A DNA stretch of 63,324 nucleotides, counting the filler, from Choristocarpus tenellus KU-1152 (taxonomy: Eukaryota; Protista; Phaeophyceae): assembly GCA_964200185.2 (NCBI GenBank). It is 11 parts of 11 records of this genome, joined end to end, with 100 filler letters (N's around TTAATTAATTAA, not from the genome) between each part and the next. Parts side by side here need not be neighbours in the genome. Positions count along the whole stretch, not along the records: positions 49,508 to 53,856 come from CAXNAD020014985.1; positions 53,957 to 58,281 come from CAXNAD020015110.1; positions 58,382 to 63,324 come from CAXNAD020012437.1; 8 more parts are not named here. One strand, 5' to 3'. Positions 49,745 to 61,612 of this stretch are shown in pieces. Positions within the stretch are counted from its first letter, which is position 1; the number at the start of each line of letters is the position of its first letter. The notes below the pieces were generated by a model. That model did no database searches, was not told where the DNA came from, and saw only the letters and a list, made by a program, of their open reading frames with translations. A program made the translations under genes and the position numbers.

Positions 49745-50860
49745 GGGACGACCATGTCCTCTGCTGTGTGAGTCCTTTCATATCTGTCCACTCTGAATGG
49801 GCGTGGTGGTTGATGCCCCCCTACCCATGCCCATGGTTTCCCCCCATTGGTCATGGGCTTTCCTCAACAGGAATGCTGCACCCACATGCTCCTGTCTGTC
49901 CCCATTGTCTCGCCCTAGCCTCCGCTCCTCACCCTGCACCCTCCACCCTGGATGTCCTCCTCCAGTGGGTGTTTCACAATCCCAGTGCACTACCAACCAG
50001 TCCCCCACCTCTCCCAATTTCCATTTTTCTGTGAATGCCCAAACTTCCAGTCGACCCATCTTGAGCAAGGATAACAATGCGGACTCATATGCCTTGGCGG
50101 AATTGCATACAATCTACTGCACTGGAGGATGGGCAGTGCGGTAGATTTTTTTAGCGAGATGCCCCTCATACACAACCTAAGGGTATCTGCACTCAGGGTT
50201 CTGCCACATACTGGTTAGTACTTTACCCACATCCTAATCCCCCAATGGTTGTACTACCACCAAGCCCCCTCACTCTGCTCCTCCTCCACCATCACCAAAA
50301 AGTGGAGCAGCTCCAGTATCAATGTTCTCTAGTGTACCATGACCTGTTAGAGGGTTATCGGTACTGACCTCTCGAAATTGGTTTCGAGATATCCTTTCAT
50401 CTTGCAACACATCTAACTTTCCTGGTCATCTGATCCACCCTGCTCTACAGTTTTCTTTCCACTGAACCCATCTAATTTCAGCTGTGCTCGTCAAGTCCTT
50501 GTTCAGTTTCTCCCCACAGATTTGATCCATTCTCTGTTCGTCTTGATATGGTGTAAAAGTCTACATCTCCACACATCTAACATGATCGATTCATTGCTGA
50601 GGTTTGTACCATAATACTTCTCCAATATACATCTTATAACCCTCCAAATCTCTCTGTTGTACAAAGTACGACGACGGAACATAAAACATACCAAATTACC
50701 AAATTACATTCATTATGTAAGATATTATAACAACGTAGGCGTTTTTCCAGCGTTAGGGCGCCAGTTTACACTCACAAATCATTGACATTGACAGAAGAGG
50801 GGTGCATATCTGGGGAGAAGAAGAGAGTGGACGTGTGGGAAGGGTGTGAAGGTTTCCATA

Positions 50861-50946
50861 ATGTCGGGATCCGTTATGAAAGCCGTAGCGGCTAAGGTCC
50901 TTGCTGCTGCGCCTTCATCTCGTGGTGCTATTGGGCATGCTGCAAG
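50861..50946 (+). CDS. NDUFV1: NADH dehydrogenase flavoprotein 1 (51 kDa), exon 1 (mitochondrial presequence)
   Basis: MSGSVMKAVAAKVLAAAPSSRGAIGHAA(R): Ala/basic, no acidic residues. Donor AG|GTGAGA, phase 2, compatible with exon 2. Confidence 0.75.
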
Positions 50947-51735
50947 GTGAGAGACTTGAAGGAGGATTCACAAAAACGAGAGATTCGTCTAAGGTCGGTC
51001 TACCTATGCTGAGTTCAGAGAGAGGGACTGCATAGCTTTCGTAAATGACGATGAGTTTACTACTGTAGAGTCAGTCATCATGTTCGGGGTCGATGCGCTC
51101 TTGCGGGGGACGTGTCAACTAACCTAATGTTGCTGAGAAGAGGTGTCACATTCTCGTCACACTAGATGGCAGTACTCATTTGCATCGCGTTCTTCGTTGC
51201 TACTGTGCCATTTGCAAACAAAAACCCCCTCTCTTCGCCTTAGCCTGTTTTGATGGTCGATGCTTTGGAGGAGATTTTGTATACATTTGACTCTCTATCG
51301 GTCTCGTAGTGTCACTTTTGGGAGCTTCAATCCCCCTCGGGTATCATCGATTGTGATACCTGATTTAGCTAAACTGAGCTGCAATCCGACTGATATGGAC
51401 TATTCATGCGTAAAGGGTTGTGCAGAGCAAGCGGCAGGGTAGATGTTTACTAGCAAGTGTTGCAAACCAGAATGGTACCGTGTGTGATATATGACTGCCT
51501 ATGCAAACTCTACAACTTGTGGGTTACCATCTTCTATTTTAAATGCTCACCACCACGGAAACTTACGACCCCAAACCCTCCTGATACTCCATATCATATG
51601 CAAGCACTCTTGACTCGACCCAAAGCACTACTCCAACTAAAAAGAAACAGGCACGAAGGGCATAGTATTGTCTTCACCCCAGAAATCCCTCAACGTGGCC
51701 CCTACTTACCTTGCTCACGGGATCCTATTTCATAG

Positions 51736-51885
51736 GCGTGCCCTGAGTGCGGCCCCCGCAAAGGAGGGTGAAAAGCCGGAGCTAACTCGCATTTACGGCG
51801 GACTGAAAGACCAGGACCGCATATTCACGAATTTGTATGGAGAACAGGATTGGAGGGTCGGGGATGCCCTGAAACGTGGGGACTG
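51736..51885 (+). CDS. NDUFV1: NADH dehydrogenase flavoprotein 1 (51 kDa), exon 2
   Basis: [50 protein letters not shown] contains the conserved [15 protein letters not shown]...KRGDW. CATAG acceptor, GTGAGT donor. Confidence 0.95.
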
Positions 51886-52926
51886 GTGAGTGAGACAGCG
51901 CGCCTTCAAAGGTACCTCGTCCGTTACGCTTGTACTAACTAACGACTGCAGCGGGCCTGTGTGAAGGTGGACAATAGTTACGGATTAGGGATGCAGTTGC
52001 TGTGGTTAAGTCTGTACCTGTAGTAATCATACCAATCAATATTAAAAAAAAAGTTGTGTCTGCACTTCCCACAAAATAAGCATGGTTAGTCTGCTTGTCT
52101 GAACCTGCAGACCTGTGGTAGAGGAGGAACGAGAAATGAGAGGTGCTGGGAGGGGGGGGGGAGGTAGTCTGGTGTTTTCTCGAGGAAGAAGTTATACATG
52201 CTCTATGCAATGTGGATCTGTGTAGTGAGGCAGGAGGGGTGTGGTGTATAGACATACAGCAGTTCTGTTTCAATGAGTAATCTTACAGCAGTGCATCTAT
52301 TTGTAAAGACTGTGGATGTACAAGTAGCAAGTATCCGTTGTGATCTTGAAGTAGTTTGTTCCATTTTTAAAACTCTCACACCCTACAATTCAAATTGGGG
52401 TGCTGCAACGTTAGTGCGGTTCTCTGCCTTTCTTAAATTCGGTGAAGGTGTTGGTACTATTTTTGTGTGTTGCTTGAAAGGATACAAAGTGTTTCAGATT
52501 ATTTTTTCGTCGGGATAGACATCATCAGTTATTTATCCTAAGTCTTAATCTTGAACATAATCAACTTATTTTGTGACTACTCTACCCCATCTTGAACGTC
52601 TCTGCGGCGTTTTTATTGTGCTCTAGTCATTTGTGCCAGGATAGCCCTCCTTTTGTTAATGCAGAAGAAAGGGGATACAGCTCCACCACCTCCCATTGCA
52701 TCAACTCCTCCCAATCGCCAACACCCATCCTTTTCAGTTTCCTTCCCTGAGTAGTCCCCAACTGGACTGAACATCTCAATCCCCATCCTCCCCGAATTCA
52801 TCCTCTTTTAGTTGAATTGTAGATATCCCTGGCTGTGTGTTCTTAACCTTGAAGTATCAACTGTTAGCTCTCTTTCCTCCCCACGTCCTGTCCTTTTTCA
52901 TGACCTTTTCCTTTCTTATTGAAAAG

Positions 52927-53119
52927 GTACATGACCAAGGAAATCATGTGGATGGGCCCTGATTGGATCGTTGATGAAATTAAGAAGTCTGGCCTTAGAG
53001 GCCGGGGGGGAGCAGGGTTTCCCTCAGGGTTGAAGTGGAGCTTCATGCCCAAGAACACAGACGGCCGGCCCTCCTTCCTGGTGGTGAATGCTGATGAGTC
53101 AGAGCCAGGAACCTGCAAG
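52927..53119 (+). CDS. NDUFV1: NADH dehydrogenase flavoprotein 1 (51 kDa), exon 3 (gene continues beyond the contig)
   Basis: [64 protein letters not shown] has the NuoF/NDUFV1 motifs [12 protein letters not shown] and NADE.EPGTCK. Phases consistent. Confidence 0.97.
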
Positions 53120-53561
53120 GTGTGTGGCATCTGTGATGTTCGCATTACTCAACAGTACTAGCCCCTTATTTCATTAGTTATTGTTTGGTGTGGAACGCCT
53201 ACTTGACTCGAAAACCCCTCTCTGTATGGCATGTTCACGTGCAGTAACTTTTTTGAAAAGTCATGCGAACTTGCGTATCTATTGATTTGATGGAGAGTGC
53301 GGGGGGGGGGCAGAGGGGCCTTCGCACACACACTTTTTTTGTGTCTTAATTTTTTTTATGTTACAGGTGTGCAAATTTGTAGGGTAGCAGGCGTTGTATA
53401 TTGATTGTTTATTCTGTGTATTATTTTTATTACAAACTAAGATCGAATCGGTGATAGGATAGAAGAAATAAAAAAAAGGCAGGAGATATATATATATTTT
53501 CGCTACTTTAAAGCACGTGCGTTCTCGTCAACACTAGCCGTTTGATTATATTATAATAAGA

Positions 53562-53830
53562 GGGTGAAAGTATCTTAAGAGGGTACGAGTTTTGCCCTGC
53601 TTGTTCATTTAGGGCTTGGCATCTTACGGGGGGGGGGGTTAATGTCATTTTCCCTACTCCAAAATGTTTCGGAGTAGGTAAGATGTGTATGTATGTCACG
53701 AAAAGGTGTGTCCAGAACAAGGATATTGACACCTCCTAACAAACACGATAGCCAAAATTGCATCAAATTTGCAACATTGGATTTTGGGCCCCAAATGGAC
53801 GTGGCTCTACCCTCTAAGATATTTTCACTC
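53562..53830 (+). mobile_element. MITE family C full copy (downstream of NDUFV1 exon 3, intronic)
   Basis: GGGTGAAAGTATCTTAAGAGGGTA ... TACCCTCTAAGATATTTTCACTC, with AAGA on both sides. Confidence 0.85.
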
Positions 53831-53856
53831 AAGAGTCAAAAGCAGATCTCTTACTC

Positions 53857-53956
53857 NNNNNNNNNNNNNNNNNNNNNNNNNNNNNNNNNNNNNNNNNNNN
53901 TTAATTAATTAANNNNNNNNNNNNNNNNNNNNNNNNNNNNNNNNNNNNNNNNNNNN
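53857..53956. other. Artificial contig linker
   Basis: 44 N + TTAATTAATTAA + 44 N. Confidence 0.99.
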
Positions 53957-54768
53957 CCCCCCCCCAATAAAAATCCACCCCAAAAAGTCATATCCTCACT
54001 CTCGTTTAGGGCCAGCAGATCTCCCTCCATTTCCTTCCTCACTAAAGTATCAGATGTTTCCCTCCCCAGAATGTGTGTGGGTGTGTGAGCATCAATTTCA
54101 CAGTAACCAGACCCAGCAAGGACATCAATACCATTTAAAATTGGCAAAATAATGGTGGGGAAGGGGGGGAGGGGAGCAATCAGAAGATGTCAACATACAT
54201 TGAAAGTCCTGAGCCTTAGTCGGATTTCAAAAGCACTCTGGCCAAATGTTTATGAAGTAGCGACTAATTTGGCAGAGACAACCCAAATATTATCAAAACA
54301 TGACTGGCTCTTCAGGGTTGAAACAGTCAAAGCTTTACCCAGATTTGCACTGTTTCCCATTGAAAATCAAGGCAGTCCCAGAGATATTTCTTGAAGGGAG
54401 AGAAAGTGGACACTGAATGATCAGAAAGTGCACATTATGCGAGACAGTCTTTTTGGTGCAGAGCATTGTGGCAAACAAGGCCAGGTGAGAAAACAGTATG
54501 TTTACAACATGCTGGCAAACAAAAAGTATGTAAATGCTAAACAAGGTGAGGCAAAGAGAAACACAAGATGACGGAACATGACCTGATAGATACACGACAC
54601 TACCTACACAACATGACAATTTACAAATTGCACAAAAGCTATTACAGTATTCACAAGCATTTCTTTCCCGGATCAGCCCCATTAGTTCTCCCCCCTTGCA
54701 TGGGCAATCTCTGCTCTCCCCTGACCTACTCACACATAACCCCAGAAACATGACAATTCAGTCCTCAC

Positions 54769-54881
54769 CCACTCCCTCGGCCACTTGCACTACCTCCTCC
54801 TCTTCCATTCTCCCTGGGAATCCCGTTGCCGCTGTTCTCCAGAAACATGTTGACAGCCCCCTCCACGTCAAAGGCATTGGC
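54769..54881 (-). CDS. UBA-like-domain protein (probable UBX/p97-cofactor family), exon 2
   Basis: CTCAG acceptor; ANAFDVEGAVNMFLENSGNGIPRENGRGGGSASGRGS; donor GTGAGG. Completes the UBA-like helix bundle started in exon 1. Confidence 0.8.
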
Positions 54882-55358
54882 CTGAGGTTGGGGCAGGAAA
54901 GGGGGGATAAGGAGGAGGATGAGGTGGACCGCAGTACGATAACGGTCGATCAGGATGGTCTCAAGTGCCTGTATCTAGGGCTAACAAAGAGGATAGATGA
55001 AAAAACTGAGCGGGATAAGCGTTCTCCTAAAGACTTGTAGTGCTCTATCTCTTGACGAGATGGAGAATACGGGTTTGCCAGTGGTCTTGCCTATATGTGA
55101 TGCAGGAGGGAAGAGAAAGGAAAGGGGCCCCTGAAGGGGAAAGAGAGAGGGGTTTGAAGGAATAGAATTTTGCTTCTTCGTAGAGAGCAGAGAGAAATAA
55201 AACGAAAAGTGCACAAAAAGTACCCACATCACAAGTATAGGGCAGACGAGAGCACACTCCCTACCCTCTTGTTCATCTTTCTCTCTCTCTCTCTCTTTCT
55301 GCTTAAGTGTTCCTCTCTCTGTTTTCATTTATCTCGCTACTATATTCTTATATCTGAC

Positions 55359-55451
55359 CTCCATCCAGTACTTGGCAACATCTTCGCTTGCCCCCGTGAT
55401 GCCTATGAACTGTGCCATCTTGTCGTCTTGGTCTTCCTTATCCCCTGACAT
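55359..55451 (-). CDS. UBA-like-domain protein (probable UBX/p97-cofactor family), exon 1
   Basis: MSGDKEDQDDKMAQFIGITGASEDVAKYWME, donor GTCAGA, phase 0. F..ITG.....A...L.....D.E.A...F is the N-terminal UBA-like motif of UBXN7, p47 and DCN1-type proteins. Missed by the ORF track. Confidence 0.8.
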
Positions 55452-56147
55452 GACTGGCAAAGAGGGTCACGAGAAGAGATTAAGGCCAGCTGGGCGAAAT
55501 TTATTACCACTGCACGTGTAAAGGGCAGTCACGGATCCAATGCGGACCAGTGGATTGGATGAAATGGTATCCGATGTCGAAAGATTAGATGTCACCAGTA
55601 TGGGTGTTGTGGATCAGGTGAAGTTGTTCAAGTCTTCGATTTTTTGCGCGGCTAATGCAAGCACAATACGTGCTTTCCTTATGCTCTATTACCAGCCCAC
55701 CAACAATCCCCCGCGTCCTAAATTATAGGTGCTGTGCTAGGTGCGGGGGAAACAAAGGTCGAGATGTAGAGGGTGGATCTGTGCAACAGGCGGACCTTGA
55801 ATGAGGAATTCATAAAACGTACGAGGCGAGTTTTTCTTCCCGACGAATATCTTTGATCTTTGTCGAGAAATGAATTAATGTTCTTCGTCGGTTTCTATAA
55901 GTCAAAATGGATGCAAAGTTGTCAACCAGTCGAGATGTATGTTAGTGTAGTAGTACTATTAAACTACTGACCCCTTGAGGTGGGTAGGTGCCGAACTCTG
56001 TCCGGAGTTGTCTGGAGAAGAGGTTACGATTGGTCGGGTTTAGAATCCAGAAGAGTATACTGAGAGTACAAGTCGAAGAGATCACATCCATATTAGTGCT
56101 TCTCGGTTGGCACTGATTGAGACTGGTGCTTTGGTCATTTTCCCCAC
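55452..56147. promoter_or_regulatory. Putative bidirectional promoter region
   Basis: 696 bp between two divergent ATGs (55451 minus, 56148 plus); CpG not visibly depleted. Confidence 0.6.
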
Positions 56148-56282
56148 ATGGCCGATCCAACGGGGAAGATGCCCTGGGGCATGAAGATTGGGAAGCTGAA
56201 GCCAGGGGCCCGGGAGACGATCACGGATAAGAAATTAGCAACGTTTGTGGTTGGGAAGCAGAAGAAAAGTCGTCTGCAAAAG
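56148..56282 (+). CDS. U2SURP: U2 snRNP-associated SURP-motif protein (SR140/RRC1), exon 1
   Basis: MADPTGKMPWGMKIGKLKPGARETITDKKLATFVVGKQKKSRLQK, donor AAG|GTGATG, phase 0. Matches the KL..F..G..KK...QK N-terminus. Confidence 0.82.
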
Positions 56283-57342
56283 GTGATGCGTCGTGGTATC
56301 CCTCATCCCCCATTTTTATTGTTGGTGCCATTTGATCACGTCTAGCTATATCCTTGACTTAGCATTGATGGGGCGTACATTTTTGGATTTGCCACGGGGG
56401 GTAGATCTTCTTTCGCATCCAATGTCCAGTCTGTCGGGGTCGGCTGTATATGATTTCATCGACGTGAGCGTTGAGGTGGAGTTGTTGCGTGGTATGTGAC
56501 ATCCAATTCTCGATCCTTAATCAGTACTTTGATTCACGAGATCACTATGCCCCATAGGACAGCAAAGCTGAACCATAGTGCGCTCTCTTGTGTTGCCTCT
56601 TGCCAGGTCTATCCCTGGAGTTTTGATACTACACCCTTTTCCTCCATTTTGATATGCAATATAATACTGAATGAGAATATCATACAAAGATTGCATCTCA
56701 GGGAAAACTGCACCGTGTGACTTTTTAAGCGTATTTAATTCTTTCAGTATTGTTGGGATTCAGGGACAGGTATAGCCTGGTGACTGTTGTGGCTTGTCCT
56801 CTCTGGGATATTCACATTCCCAGGATTGCAATCCACTCACAACATGAGGACAATTGTTCTAACTCCACGGTGACATGTACATACCAGTTAGGTGTCCGGC
56901 AAACACCCCCCCCGACCCACACACTACTATTTCATCCCCCCACTCACCCAACCAACCCCCAAATCTCCATGTTGTTAATGAATGTTCAGCACTACCTGTG
57001 GCCACAAGTTCAGGATGAAATGCTTTTTGAGCTGCGTATTAACACTTTTCTCGGGCATGTAGACACCTACTGATGTGATCCTGGGCTTTGTTACAACTCC
57101 TAAGCACTTTTGTGTACTTCCTGCTCCACCCATCCCGAAATTTGTGGTCGGCTCGGAGAGTAGATTCATTTGTCTCATCAACCGCCACGCCTTTTCAGAT
57201 TTCTCCCCTAGAACTGCAACACTATGGCCACCCCTCGGCGCAAGGAACACTCCTCCTATCCGCCCCCATGTACCACTACACCCTCTTTCCGAACCTGTAC
57301 GCCATAGGTCCGAAACTAACCCTAACCCTAAAACATCTTAAG

Positions 57343-57524
57343 GAACGGGAAGAAAAAGAGGAGAAGAAGAAGCAGGCAGACGCAGAGGCTGCTAAGATCT
57401 ATGAGCAATTTGTGGCGTCGTTCGATGGTGGAGGCAGTGGGGGGGGGGACAGTGGGAAAACGTTCCTGAGAGGAGGAACTGTCAACCATGGTCCTTCCTC
57501 CGAACAGCTTGGGTTGCCTGCTGG
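57343..57524 (+). CDS. U2SURP: U2 snRNP-associated SURP-motif protein (SR140/RRC1), exon 2
   Basis: EREEKEEKKKQADAEAAKIYEQFVASFDGGG...GKTFLRGGTVN matches E.E..KKK....AA.IYE.F...F.G....KTFVRGG.VN. Donor GTATGT. Confidence 0.88.
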
Positions 57525-57586
57525 GTATGTTTGGAAATCCTTTTTAGTACATAGCATGCTTTTTTTTCCTCATCCCAGCCACTGGT

Positions 57587-57619
<33 letters not shown>

Positions 57620-58281
57620 CTGTGTTTTTTACTCGAAAGGCGTATGTTGGTGTCCTCGACTCCAATACGTATGTAGTTGTTTTGCGGGTGGTAGAGTAGT
57701 ACAAGGTCGGGTGCATTGTTGCATGTATACGCACAACAGCAGCAGTAAATGTCCTTAGTAGCTTATTTGCACGTGTCCTTGGCAATGCAAATCGGTCTTA
57801 CATAAAAGCAGGAGAGTACTTCATTACAGCTATTGGCATAGGCCGTTTTGATTGTGTAGGTTCGTATCAAGAGTCTGCTTTATTTATAGCTTGTTTGCCT
57901 AACTGTCAAGATACATATATATATATGTATGTGTGTGTGTGTGTGTATGGCTGTATCACCAGTGCAGTAACCCTCAAGACTTCTTGCCCCAGTGGTAAAG
58001 TGATATCTCAGTGTTCTCATCAAATCAGAAGTCGGGGAACTACTTGGCTTGATTTGCGGGGGGGGCCCAACCCTGCTAGTCTTCTCCACTCCCTGAGTGG
58101 TTTTCTCAATCTTAATGCTTCGCAGTGGACCTGTTGTGTAGACCCACCCCTGGCCTTCTGCGACTGTCCTCTTGCTGTGCAGCCAGGGTGTGGAACCTAT
58201 AACCACCTCCTCGGGGAGGGGGGGGGGGGGTTGGATGTTGAGGCGCGAATGTTGTAAGATAAAAACCTGTAGGGTTTATTA

Positions 58282-58381
58282 NNNNNNNNNNNNNNNNNNN
58301 NNNNNNNNNNNNNNNNNNNNNNNNNTTAATTAATTAANNNNNNNNNNNNNNNNNNNNNNNNNNNNNNNNNNNNNNNNNNNN
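58282..58381. other. Artificial contig linker
   Basis: 44 N + TTAATTAATTAA + 44 N. Confidence 0.99.
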
Positions 58382-59163
58382 CGTCCGCGGGTAAATGTTA
58401 GAGACCTTTTTCTTTTTTTTTCCCCAATTGACCCCCCCGTGTGACCCCCCCCCCCCCCCCCCCACAGATATTTTGGGTCTATTTATTATAAGGATCTTCA
58501 CCCTCCGCCTATCTTTGCTCTTCTGGAGGGCTTCAGTGATGTCTCTCGGACAACCTTCACCTCTAGAACTGGATAGTTGCTTGTGAGTCGTGTTGGATAT
58601 CTCAAATCATAATCTCGATTGCGTGTCGACAGTGTGCCTGGTTCATCTTGCTGGTATGTGAGACTGGACACCTCAACTGTCCCAGTCTTACCTCTGTCGA
58701 TCCAAACGCTTCAGGATTTTCCCCTAAAGAGGGCAGTTCCCCAATTGGAAATCTTGATGATTAAAGTCTCGTTTCAACTCGCATTGCCGTAAGGAGTGAT
58801 GATGAATCTCGCGAAAACGACAACCTAACAATTGTTCACCTGCAGAATAAGATAAATCACAGCGCCAATTGTAAGCAGGCGATTCATGACCTTCGAGATC
58901 ACTTGACAAATCAAATCGCCATTGGTGGAAAGAGGCTCTTGTGCTCAGCCTGATACGTCGTGCTCTTCCAAATTCACTCGCACTAGATCCTAACACTGGA
59001 GGGATGTTTCTTCGAGTGAATGAATATGCCAATCGGCATAGGTCAACGGCCTACACCTTACTGGGTGAGGGCATGTGAGTCAAAGTTGCATTTTAAGGAT
59101 GCTAACAAATATGTACAAAATTCGACTATTTCACAAATGCGTACAGGATACTTTCTAAATTCT

Positions 59164-59423
59164 GAGTCAAAGCATCTTATAGAGGGTAGAGCCGCGTTCG
59201 TTTGGGGACCAAAAACCATGTTGTGATATTGATGTAACTCTGGTTATCGTGCTTGTTAGGAAGTGCCAATGTTCTTGTTCTGGACACACCTTTTCATAAC
59301 GAATGCATTTTACCTACTCCGAAACATTTTGGAGTAGGTAAAATATCATAAGAAACCCGTGGGAAGCCAAGCCCCAAACGGACAAACAGGGGAAAACTCG
59401 TACCCTCTAATATACTTTCACTC
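59164..59423 (-). mobile_element. MITE family C full copy
   Basis: GAGTCAAAGCATCTTATAGAGGGTAG ... TACCCTCTAATATACTTTCACTC; internal palindrome ATTTTACCTACTCCGAAACATTTTGGAGTAGGTAAAAT; flanks TTCT and CTCT. Confidence 0.85.
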
Positions 59424-61129
59424 CTCTGTAAAAAAGTTAAAATCAATAGATAAATCAATGTTATCAAGTTCAATCTAGCACTTCATCCATTGAAATATGG
59501 GCAAATTGCAATAGATCGAAAAACTCGCTTAAAATGCAAAACAGCCCAAACCTAGGTATCTCTCGTTTACTTTTGCTCTGTGTTCTCTCCCACTATACAA
59601 AATATATGATCTTACACTGATGTTGTTGGGTGCACCTACAAGCAAGACCATATTCTTGTCAACATATCTCACTATTGGATGGCTAGGTCAATGGGAATGT
59701 CTTATGCTGTTCATCACCACAACCACTTTGGGAGCATGTTGTGCCTGTATAGACACGCTCCGCCATAGATGTACGCACGTAGTTGTGTATGTGTGTGTAT
59801 GTCCAGTCACATTCCAGGTCTATGCTTACCTCACACACACACACACACACACAATCCAATGGCGGTTTGCATGATCTCCAATTACCCCCCCATCACATAT
59901 CACTGATCAACCTACTTAAGCCCTCTCAGTCTTACCTCTTGCTTACTTTGTTTGTTCTGCTTCTGCTTCTGCTCTTCTCCAGACCACAAATGCGTTTCAC
60001 CCTTCTTCAACCCCGACTTCATCATACAAGCCCATCCAACCGACTGCTATTTTGCATAATCATAGAGCCACCTATGCCATATGGAATGTATAAAATCACG
60101 AGGACACTGACATGAACGACCACTCCAATTGATCTTCAACCAATGATGGTTATGATCAAACGAACTGATGCTCTTGAATACTTCTGGCAATCGTTTCTTC
60201 CCTTTTATCTTCGCTCTCTCAATCCTCCTGTGTCAACTCTTTCTGACTGTGACTCCTTACAGATTAAACTTTCAACATGTGGTGTTGGACAAAGGAAGCA
60301 CAGTCAATAGTAGGGTCAGGGACCTGGGAAAGACAGTCTCACCTCGTTCAAAGAGTTTCATGGTGAGAAGAGGCTCTTAGAGGCAACCAGCACAAAGCAA
60401 TGTGGCCCCCTGAGAGGCAGAAGTGGAATGGCAAGCTTCACTACAGGAAAGGTCAACAGGTATAATACAGAATGGCCTCTCTTGGAGGAAAAACTTTTCA
60501 TCCAAGGGAAGAATGACAAAAGTTGACGTGGAGGTGGCAAGGTTGTAGGAAATATGTCTGCCCATTATTGGGTCAACAGCAAGGGCATATCCACCGGTTG
60601 GGTCACAACATAGAGTGGCAACGTCCTGCTACAACATGGCATCACTCTTCACAAGCCCACCGTCTTGAAGAAAGTGTGACTTGTTTGTTCTCACGGATGC
60701 AATCTTTGTGTGTGTCTTTTGTTGTGTTTGTTGATATGGGTAGGGTGGAACATGCTCCTAGTAGGTTGTGGTGCCAATCCTAGGGCCTAGCAAGAAATGA
60801 TGTCCAGTTTCCGGCAGCAATCTTGAGTGAGGGGATTGTCGCTTGCAGTTGTTGTTCCTGATCTTCTTACGAGAGGGGGTTCTGGTCTCCAAGTCAGCAG
60901 GCCAGGGTGGTGCGCCACCTTGGTTGCTGATATGGGACAGCGCTGAGTAGGGAAGGGGTGGGTGAGAGTGAACTGGGTTGCCCACCCATTATCTACTATC
61001 TTTCACCCAAGTCATATCCATCTCCGCATTATCTTTATCTCTAGGGTGGCGTACTGCTGCCAGCAGACTGTGCGTCAGATTGTGTGTTAGGGGGTCAAGC
61101 AGTAGTATTTTGATGCTTGTACTTTGTTT

Positions 61130-61612
61130 TCGTGTTAGGATGGGGCTCTGGTTTGGGATTTGAATTTTGGGGTCTGTTTGGGATTGAGATTGAGTGAAGT
61201 TTGGTAAAATTTGTGTTGATCTTGAAGTTTAGGTTGATTCAGGGGATCAGGGTTTGGTTTTTAGTTTAAAGTCAGGTGGGGTTCTTGTTTTTGATACGGA
61301 ATTGAGATTGGGCTGTAGTAGGGCTTAGGCATAAGTGTGGGGCTGAGGTAGGGGCAAGGATTGTGGTTGGAGATACAGCTGGGCTTAGGGTGAGGGTTAG
61401 GGTTAGGGTCTGGGGTGATGGTTTGGGGTTAAGGCTAACGTTAGGGTTAAGGTTAGGGTCATGGGACAGTACTTGTCTTGTTGTTAAGTAGGACTTGGTT
61501 TTGGGTAGGGTTAGGAGTGGGGGGTTGTGGTAGGACTATAATTGTCTTGAAATTTTGTTGGTCTCGGATGAGGGTAAGGCTTGGGTCAGGGTTAGAGTAA
61601 GAGTTAGGGTGA
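61130..61612 (+). repeat. Degenerate telomere-like TTAGGG tract
   Basis: Many TTAGGG and variant hexamers; translates as TLTLTL at the end of the pol ORF. Confidence 0.75.

Noticed and set aside
50861-53119. Bacterial nuoF or an organellar insertion
   Set aside because: It has GT-AG introns and an N-terminal presequence, so it is a normal nuclear NDUFV1.
6517-58381. Recurring TTAATTAATTAA flanked by Ns as a biological repeat
   Set aside because: It is an identical 100-nt linker with six-frame stops, a concatenation artefact. Neighbourhoods across linkers were not interpreted.
58560-61000. Integrase of the adjacent gypsy element
   Set aside because: No HHCC or DDE motif was found in the frames I read.
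61130-61612. De novo telomere healing of the broken gypsy element
   Set aside because: Orientation is wrong: healing a left-facing end would put CCCTAA on the plus strand. The tract is also degenerate and internal.
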